IMG/VR virus record: IMGVR_UViG_2974665086_000001
Location: 118,700-139,262 of that record
Reading direction: 5' to 3' (one strand)
Origin: a virus
Taxonomy: Duplodnaviria > Heunggongvirae > Uroviricota > Caudoviricetes
Length of the DNA: 20,563 bases
Shown here: piece by piece, positions 14,842 to 20,537 of the stretch
Layout of the letters: every line of letters begins with the position of its first letter
Position numbering within the stretch: position 1 is the stretch's first letter
Notes under the pieces: generated by a model
What the model saw: only the letters and a program-made list of their open reading frames with translations
The model's database searches: none
What the model was told of the DNA's origin: nothing
Program-made: the position numbers and the translations under genes

Positions 14842-14891
14842 TTGTGTTGACATTGCTAGCAATGTTGATTAAGGTTTAGCTATCAGCACAA
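14842..14891 (+). promoter_or_regulatory. Promoter with a 16-bp perfect palindrome in the spacer
   Basis: TTGACA 14847-14852, 17 bp, TAAGGT 14870-14875; ACATTGCTAGCAATGT 14850-14865; outer TTGTGTTGA / TCAGCACAA. Confidence 0.7.
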
Positions 14892-14905
14892 CAACGGAGG
14901 ACATA

Positions 14906-15184
14906 ATGAGTAAGTATCGCGCATACCACGGACGTAATCGATTGGATAATGTCGATTACTTAAGTGCAGAGGATGCTTGGAAAGCACTGCACAGTTGGTA
15001 CGATAACAAAACTGAGTTTATCGATGAGTTTGAAGTCAGCTTGCGGGAAGTTGACGAAATCGGTGAAATCTTGTTTGAACTTGAAACACTTAAAGAACCT
15101 GGCATGATTTATATCCTCGAGCCTAGTGACTTTATTGGTGAGGATATCTCACGTTCCGCCGTATCCGTCCGAAAGGTAGGTTAA
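14906..15184 (+). CDS. Acidic hypothetical protein
   Basis: 92 aa, CAACAACGGAGG leader. Confidence 0.8.
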   Translation: MSKYRAYHGRNRLDNVDYLSAEDAWKALHSWYDNKTEFIDEFEVSLREVDEIGEILFELETLKEPGMIYILEPSDFIGEDISRSAVSVRKVG

Positions 15185-15187
15185 GTT

Positions 15188-15430
15188 ATGCGACACTCCG
15201 AACTGAAACTACTGTCAGAGCAGGAATTGACAGAACTTGCCCTTAAACTGTGGGATAAGTTAAAGCAGGAGACAGGCAGCATTGATTTGTTCTCTGTCAC
15301 ACCTTTCAACGAAACTCGCAGTAATCTTAATCGCGTATTGACGCGATTGGATAAGGCAAGGGATTGGACTTCGCCGTGGGGCGATCACGACGGAATCGAA
15401 CAGAACATTCTTAATTGGATCAAGGGTTAA
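15188..15430 (+). CDS. Hypothetical protein
   Basis: 80 aa after motif variant GGTTAAGTT. Confidence 0.8.
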   Translation: MRHSELKLLSEQELTELALKLWDKLKQETGSIDLFSVTPFNETRSNLNRVLTRLDKARDWTSPWGDHDGIEQNILNWIKG

Positions 15431-15454
15431 CTTAACCAGGCAGGGAGTTGTAAA

Positions 15455-15685
15455 ATGAACGTTGTCAAGTTTAAGAAAAAGCGTCAACAAACTGCCTGGT
15501 CTAAGTATTGCACCGAGGTTTACTATTCTATGCGTGATGCACAGCTTAAGCGTGTAGAAGAATGGGCTATTGGTTATGAGACCGAGGAGCGATTCTATTA
15601 CGAAAACATCGAACCTAGAATAACCTTTAAAGACGTGTTGATTAGTCTTAAAGGTAACTGGCAAGCTAGCCATATGGCAGCGTGA
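15455..15685 (+). CDS. Hypothetical phage protein
   Basis: 76 aa, GGGAG RBS. Confidence 0.8.
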   Translation: MNVVKFKKKRQQTAWSKYCTEVYYSMRDAQLKRVEEWAIGYETEERFYYENIEPRITFKDVLISLKGNWQASHMAA

Positions 15686-15696
15686 AAGGATAAGTT

Positions 15697-15789
15697 ATGT
15701 CTAGTTACGCATGTTGTGCAGAGTGCGATCCCTCACTATACTGCGATGAGTGTGGGGAGCTAGTGAACGATTGCGAATGTGAGGATTAG
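15697..15789 (+). CDS. 30-aa Cys-rich acidic micropeptide
   Basis: Exact GGATAAGTT-ATG start; MSSYACCAECDPSLYCDECGELVNDCECED (7 Cys). Confidence 0.75.
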   Translation: MSSYACCAECDPSLYCDECGELVNDCECED

Positions 15790-15791
15790 TT

Positions 15792-16130
15792 ATGTGCCGA
15801 CCTAATAAAGGTCACTGTGACTGGTGTGGTATTGTTTTAAATCCGGGTTACAATGAAATAGTTTGTTGTAGGACTCATAAAAGAACACTAATGAGGCATA
15901 GAGTTAACCTAGCTAAACGCGAAGCTCTGCCTTGCCCGCATCCCGAAAAGTTATCTTTTTTGCTCAGAGGATTAGTTATCCGTTGGGCACATGCGTGTGG
16001 TAATTACTATTACTTATGTGCGTGTGGCAACTATCATCTAACTAGCTGGAAAGATATTGGTTATGAATCGTCTGAATCGATAGAAAACTATAAAAACAGT
16101 CTGCCACCAATGCGCAGAAGATTGAATTAA
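15792..16130 (+). CDS. Putative double zinc-finger protein (paralog of 5510-5770)
   Basis: CDWC..CCRTH plus CPHPEK..YLCACGNYHLTS. Confidence 0.75.
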   Translation: MCRPNKGHCDWCGIVLNPGYNEIVCCRTHKRTLMRHRVNLAKREALPCPHPEKLSFLLRGLVIRWAHACGNYYYLCACGNYHLTSWKDIGYESSESIENYKNSLPPMRRRLN

Positions 16131-16164
16131 CTTTACATAGCATGTGATCTAGACCACATTGGTA

Positions 16165-16193
16165 TTGTGTTCGCGGCCGGTATGGGTTAGGCT
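16165..16193 (+). promoter_or_regulatory. sigma70/SigA-type promoter
   Basis: TTGTGT 16165-16170, 17 bp, TAGGCT 16188-16193; ACACAA complement at 16200-16205. Confidence 0.6.
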
Positions 16194-16221
16194 ATTGCTA
16201 CACAAACAAACGGAGGCAGCA

Positions 16222-16539
16222 ATGAGTACCATCGAAACTATCACCACCGAATACACTCTGTACGGCGGAGAATTTAAGTTTAAGCAGGACGCGTGGGATA
16301 AAATCTGGGAAAATAAGCTGAAAGCTGCCGGGTTGGCAGTGTTGCAAGGCCACGCGGTTAAGTTTACCGGTGACAAAGAAGAAGGTATCCTTGTTATCAA
16401 TGATGGTGAGGTTATCATTAACGACAATTGGTCAACGGAAGAAGAAACCGTTTATACTCCGGAAGAAATAGAACAACAAAACTGGGAGCAGGAAATGGCA
16501 GAAATTCAAGAAATGATAGACGAACGTCCTGTGTACTAA
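16222..16539 (+). CDS. Acidic hypothetical protein (105 aa)
   Basis: ATG 16222 after CGGAGG; Glu-rich C-terminus. Confidence 0.8.
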   Translation: MSTIETITTEYTLYGGEFKFKQDAWDKIWENKLKAAGLAVLQGHAVKFTGDKEEGILVINDGEVIINDNWSTEEETVYTPEEIEQQNWEQEMAEIQEMIDERPVY

Positions 16540-16549
16540 ACTTAATGCG

Positions 16550-16588
16550 ATAGAGCCTACTACAAAATAGTAGGCTCTATTCGTGTTT
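16550..16588 (+). terminator. Probable intrinsic terminator
   Basis: ATAGAGCCTACTA-caaaa-TAGTAGGCTCTAT then TCGTGTTT. Confidence 0.7.
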
Positions 16589-16618
16589 ACAGAAAATTCA
16601 CATAAAAAGAGAGAAGCA

Positions 16619-16975
16619 ATGGAAATCCAAAAAGTTATCGTAGAGTTTGATGGTGAAGAATATTCTAGCTACTTAAGATATCTGGAAAAAAATCAAACAA
16701 AAACAGAAATTCAAGAAAATTCAAAAAATGAAGAAGACCCAAACGAATATCAAGAAAACTTAACCCTAACAAATCAAGTATATGCAAGGTCAACATCAAC
16801 AGGTAAATATAAGTTGCTTGCTGCCCTTAAGAGTAAGGGGGATGGTCAAGCATTTATCAGGTGGCATAATAACGTATACAATAACGAGACTATTGCATAT
16901 GACGTTTATAGAATGTATAACTTAAAGTGGATCGCAAATGCGGCGGGTGGTATGTTGACACTCATACCAACATAG
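16619..16975 (+). CDS. Hypothetical protein (118 aa)
   Basis: ATG 16619 in the frame of track ORF 16583..16975; very AT-rich. Confidence 0.65.
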   Translation: MEIQKVIVEFDGEEYSSYLRYLEKNQTKTEIQENSKNEEDPNEYQENLTLTNQVYARSTSTGKYKLLAALKSKGDGQAFIRWHNNVYNNETIAYDVYRMYNLKWIANAAGGMLTLIPT

Positions 16976-16983
16976 ATTAGACT
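16955..16983 (+). promoter_or_regulatory. sigma70/SigA-type promoter
   Basis: TTGACA 16955-16960, 17 bp, TAGACT 16978-16983. Confidence 0.7.
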
Positions 16984-17021
16984 CGTAGACACAAGCACAG
17001 ACACTAGCTAAGGAGCACACA

Positions 17022-17354
17022 ATGGCAAGTCGCGTACTGGTCAAAGAAGCACTTATCATTATTGGTTATAGTCAGTCAGCAGCACTAGCATTAGCAGAAC
17101 AGAATGGGGATAATGATAGTGCACGTCATACCGAGGCTATTAGTCGGTTGGTGTTTGATTTGCTTTACAAGAACATGCATCACGATATTAAGGCAGATGC
17201 AGCACAAAGACTTAATTCAATGCACGATTTGATTCAATTCACAATCGAGAATGCAGAAAAGAAATACAAGCCAGAGGTGATTGCAGAATACGCAGAACTG
17301 CAAAAACTTAACCTCAGTCGTTTGGCGACAGTAATCAATGAGTGGCCTGCATAA
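17022..17354 (+). CDS. Hypothetical helical protein
   Basis: 110 aa, TAAGGAG RBS. Confidence 0.8.
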   Translation: MASRVLVKEALIIIGYSQSAALALAEQNGDNDSARHTEAISRLVFDLLYKNMHHDIKADAAQRLNSMHDLIQFTIENAEKKYKPEVIAEYAELQKLNLSRLATVINEWPA

Positions 17355-17935
17355 CTTAATATCAAGACTGGGCAAAATGGCCGGGTGGATGAGAGTTATC
17401 GTCCATTCGGCCATAGCTATATATACAGATAGCTTAAGTTATAGAGAGAAACATAGAGAACTTAATACATTGAATGCAGCAAAAGCTTATGGCCGATGTT
17501 GTTATTTTTTTGACGATTAGAGCATCATAACTTAATAGGCAGCACAGAGCTTAGGACAACATAAGAACATAGCTCTAAAGTTATATAGTGTACCCCGTAC
17601 GTTGAAGCAAATAGAGTGCTGCATATAAGTTAATGCGCCATATAGGTCAGAGTGAATTTGAATCGGATAAGATTTCATTTCTAACACAAGTGTACTAGTA
17701 ATAGCGAAAAAGCTTATTTAAACTTAATGGCAAAAACTATGCAATTTTGATCAAAAAACAACAAAAATCGATCAAAATTCATCAAAAACAGCTTAATATC
17801 GGTCAAAAACGATGAAAACTTAATGCAGCTTAAATAGCTATGACTTAATGGCTATCCGAGCAGAAAAGTTTTGTTTTCATATAGCTATGGCAGGCACTTG
17901 TTGTTTTTATCGGGTTATTTATAGCTAGACTTAAT
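17353..17935. repeat. AT-rich non-coding region with dispersed ACTTAAT heptamers and phased A-tracts
   Basis: ACTTAAT at 17354, 17460, 17530, 17722, 17818, 17843 and 17929; A-tracts start at 17732, 17743, 17753, 17763, 17774, 17784, 17805 and 17815. Confidence 0.75.
17377..17414 (+). terminator. 16-bp RNA stem with three G-U pairs
   Basis: ATGGCCGGGTGGATGA-gagtta-TCGTCCATTCGGCCAT; all non-Watson-Crick pairs are G-U on the + strand. Confidence 0.5.
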
Positions 17936-17998
17936 GGCGACCCCGGCGAATTAAGTTATATGCCGGCCTCGCATCAATTTCAAATAATGTTTGTGCCG

Positions 17999-18201
17999 GC
18001 AGCTTAGCCTAACCTAACTAAGGATAGCCTATGCTAAGTAAGGTTAGGCTAACATAAGTAAGGTAAGCCATAGCTATATAAGGCAAGCCTTACCTATGTA
18101 AACGAGACCTAACATGACGTGAGATTCAAGTAAGCATAGCCATAGCTATATTGAAACAAGATTCATGTTAGGCAACACTAACTAAGCATGACCTTAGTTG
18201 A
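17999..18201. promoter_or_regulatory. Tandem array of IdeR/DtxR-type iron boxes, 20-bp period
   Basis: 19-mers vs TWAGGTWAGSCTWACCTWA: 17999 (16/19), 18019 (16/19), 18039 (18/19), 18059 (16/19), 18079 (17/19), 18099 (12/19); also 18131 (14/19), 18163 (14/19), 18183 (12/19). Confidence 0.8.
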
Positions 18202-18586
18202 ATCCAGATTCAAATTGATTGTATTAGCGATTGTACCAACTAGCAGCATTGAACTCGTAAGTCAACAGTCAATTTTGCTGCACTACGCGAGAAACATTAT
18301 TTGACAATTCTTGAAACGTTTGCTTTGCCGTCTCAGATCGATTCTAAGCGACTAATACCTTGTTTGCACACAATCGTACTAGGTATGCGCTGAAAGTCGC
18401 TTAGCGTGCATCGTCGCAGGTCAGAGTGTTAAGAAAACGAAAGAAACACTGGTGTGTGATCTATGTCATATTGACAATTGTTGAATCGATTCTGTATCCC
18501 GCGTCATGTGCACACCGCCCGGAGAACAAACGAGAACCATGCTACAAAGAATAATACAGAAACTGTGATGCAGATCACATAGACAA

Positions 18587-18928
18587 ATGTTGTTTCAAGT
18601 CTCGTTTGGGGGTAATGTTCTCGTTGTAAGGCAAACGGAAACGAGAACGGGGCAGACGATGAGTGAGCAAGCGATCCGCGATTACTGTGTTAAGCATTCT
18701 GACTTTTGGAAAGGCACTGTTGTGTCTACGTTCGTGTCCGACAACTCGCACTATGCCGTAGTTCAGTTTCGTGACGTTGTAACGGCGGCGCAGTGGCTCG
18801 AAGCACAACGTGACCCGGATGATGCACTCATGCGAGCACTCGGATTCCGCCAGCTCACAGGCGATCTGTACGGGCCGGTAATCAGTGTTTACGAACCGGC
18901 CAAAGTATGCGTTAAGTTCGCAGACTAG
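18587..18928 (+). CDS. Hypothetical protein
   Basis: 113 aa; true start may be ATG 18659 (MSEQAIRD). Confidence 0.65.
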   Translation: MLFQVSFGGNVLVVRQTETRTGQTMSEQAIRDYCVKHSDFWKGTVVSTFVSDNSHYAVVQFRDVVTAAQWLEAQRDPDDALMRALGFRQLTGDLYGPVISVYEPAKVCVKFAD

Positions 18929-18957
18929 TTCTTCCATTCTTTCAGGAAAGGTTCACA

Positions 18958-19335
18958 ATGATCACTCTCGCCAAAGAAACCGACTACATTACGATTACCG
19001 GAGTGCAAGCAATATCCTGCGCAATGGATATGCGTAAGGGCACCATCGAACAAACACGTTCGGGTCGTTGCTGCGATACCGGACCGTTCTCGAATACCAG
19101 GGAATCCGACCGGGAAGAATTGCTTTACTCGTTGCTGATCTGGCGCGATAGCCCGGAAAGAATCAGCATGACTTTTATTCCAGACCGTTTGTGGTCGGAT
19201 GCGCCCGATTGGAATAATCCGGTATCGGTAATGATCGATTCTGGCGATGCTTGCGAGCCACACGAATATCGGTTCGATTACGTTCCGCACGGTTTCCAGT
19301 GGCCCAACGAGAACATCGATAATCGCTACCTATAA
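18958..19335 (+). CDS. Hypothetical protein
   Basis: 125 aa, GGAAAGG RBS. Confidence 0.75.
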   Translation: MITLAKETDYITITGVQAISCAMDMRKGTIEQTRSGRCCDTGPFSNTRESDREELLYSLLIWRDSPERISMTFIPDRLWSDAPDWNNPVSVMIDSGDACEPHEYRFDYVPHGFQWPNENIDNRYL

Positions 19336-19421
19336 CCAGCACGCGGGCACATATGAGAGTGTGTGCCCTATGGTGGATATAGTTCGGCTACCAACACACA
19401 ACGCAAACAAAGGATAATACA

Positions 19422-20279
19422 ATGAGCGAGAACACTGTAACCCTCGAGAACGCTGCACCGATCAACCGTGACGATATTGCGTTCTCAAAGAACGATATGA
19501 CCACCGCCCGGTTCTGGGGTATCCGTGAGGGCATGATTAAGCCCGGAACCAAGGGCAAGACACACTCCGACGTTCTCGTTGCGTGGCATATGGCCGGTCG
19601 CCCGATTGTGGAAGCTCCCAAAGCGTGGAAGGTTCCCGCTACGGACAAGCACGCGTTCTCTGCCTACTGCGAGGCTAACTCGCTCGAGGCTACGGAATCG
19701 AACTACAACGCTTGGGTTGTAGAAGATAAGCCGTTGCCCGTTGGGTACTGGGCACCTGAGACCAAAGCACGCATTACGTTCATCGATTCCGACGGTACAG
19801 AATCGACCGTAGACGTATCAGAGGATAAGTTGCGTGAGACTCGACTCGAACTGTCAGGCTCGTTGAACGGTCGCCCGGAATCGCGTCACTACATCATGGC
19901 TGCACAGTTGAACACCGACCAGCGACCTGTGAGCATGACTACTGCCAATGGTGCCCAGCACACAATCCGCGAGGCTATGGAAGATGACAAGCCTGCCGAC
20001 GTAATGGCCGGTTTTGTAGTGGAATGGCAGAGTAAGCGAGACAGCAACGTACTGCTACACGCACAGATCGCAGAGCTGCACGCTGCTATCTTCACTGCAC
20101 TCTCAGAGCGTGATGATGCACGTGCACAGCTCGAGGCTATGACAGTCGAGCGTGATGCTTTGATCGCAGCACAGAGCAAGCCAGCACCTGCTAAGCGTGC
20201 AAGCACACGTAAGGCCCCGGCACAGACAAAGCGAGCACAGGCAGCACAGGCTCAAAGCGTTATCGACCTCGACGCATGA
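19422..20279 (+). CDS. 285-aa protein with N-terminal Lsr2-DBD-like motif, coiled coil and basic tail
   Basis: TARFWGIREGMIKPGTKGKTHSDVLVAWHMA resembles Lsr2 [30 protein letters not shown]; heptad region LHAQIAEL..VERDALIAA; tail PAKRASTRKAPA. Confidence 0.8.
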   Translation: MSENTVTLENAAPINRDDIAFSKNDMTTARFWGIREGMIKPGTKGKTHSDVLVAWHMAGRPIVEAPKAWKVPATDKHAFSAYCEANSLEATESNYNAWVVEDKPLPVGYWAPETKARITFIDSDGTESTVDVSEDKLRETRLELSGSLNGRPESRHYIMAAQLNTDQRPVSMTTANGAQHTIREAMEDDKPADVMAGFVVEWQSKRDSNVLLHAQIAELHAAIFTALSERDDARAQLEAMTVERDALIAAQSKPAPAKRASTRKAPAQTKRAQAAQAQSVIDLDA

Positions 20280-20343
20280 GCGAGCACGGAGCAATCGCAG
20301 TATTGCTTGGACTTGTCCACATCGAAAAAGTGATCGCGCTACT

Positions 20344-20366
20344 GATAGCGATAATCATTATCGCTA
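20344..20366. promoter_or_regulatory. Fur-family-like operator palindrome
   Basis: TAGCGATAAT-C-ATTATCGCTA (10-1-10); 20344-20362 matches the classical Fur box GATAATGATAATCATTATC at 17/19. Confidence 0.45.
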
Positions 20367-20387
20367 GTGTGATCTGACACACAACTA

Positions 20388-20419
20388 GCCCGGACTTGAA
20401 TTTAGTTTCAAGTCCGGGC
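20388..20419. repeat. 13-bp inverted repeat containing TTGAA-N6-TTCAA
   Basis: GCCCGGACTTGAA-tttagt-TTCAAGTCCGGGC. Confidence 0.8.
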
Positions 20420-20429
20420 AATGTCATAT

Positions 20430-20537
20430 GTAGGTAAGCCTAAGTTAGGTAAGGCAATGCTAAGTTGAACTCGGATTCAAGTAAGGCCGGCCTTACCTAA
20501 GTTGAATCTCGTTTCAAGTAAGGGCAGGCTAACCTAA
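20430..20537. promoter_or_regulatory. Second IdeR/DtxR-type box array, 37-bp period, alternating with TTGAA-N6-TTCAA
   Basis: Boxes at 20430 (15/19), 20445 (16/19), 20482 (16/19) and 20519 (17/19); TTGAA-N6-TTCAA at 20465 and 20502. Confidence 0.8.

Larger units (their letters stand above)
9130..15696 (+). promoter_or_regulatory. Dispersed start-associated motif GGATAAGTT(AA)ATG
   Basis: Exact copies directly before ATG at 9130, 11289, 12221, 13162, 13518, 13707, 13926, 14494 and 15688; variants before starts 6777, 11513, 12021, 12432, 12988, 15188 and 15792. Confidence 0.9.

Noticed and set aside
17338-17520. 60-aa + strand ORF
   Set aside because: Weak RBS, it runs through the 17377 hairpin and the heptamer repeats, and has no protein-like features; probably non-coding.
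17576-17591. NrdR-box-like half site
   Set aside because: Only the right half matches (about 11/16) and there is no nucleotide-reductase gene nearby.
4923-19831. GGATAAGTT copies at 4923, 13422, 15253 and 19823 as gene starts
   Set aside because: They lie inside ORFs encoding D-K-L/F. Two have an in-frame ATG, but better upstream starts exist; counted only toward hexamer enrichment.
20058-20250. Recurrent GCACAG words
   Set aside because: Explained by Ala-Gln codons in the coiled coil and tail.
62-20294. All minus-strand ORFs in the track
   Set aside because: They are shadows of well-supported + strand genes, with no RBS or promoters seen and no recognisable motifs.
20465-20517. TTGAA-N6-TTCAA as a Zur, LexA or HspR site
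   Set aside because: Spacing or arms do not fit as I recall them (Zur has a 7-bp centre, LexA is TCGAAC-N4-GTTCGA, HspR is CTTGAGT-N7-ACTCAAG); left unassigned.
20445-20537. 37-bp periodic repeats as a mini CRISPR array
   Set aside because: The variable segment is only 6 bp, the repeats are degenerate, and there are no cas genes or leader; operator arrays explain it better.
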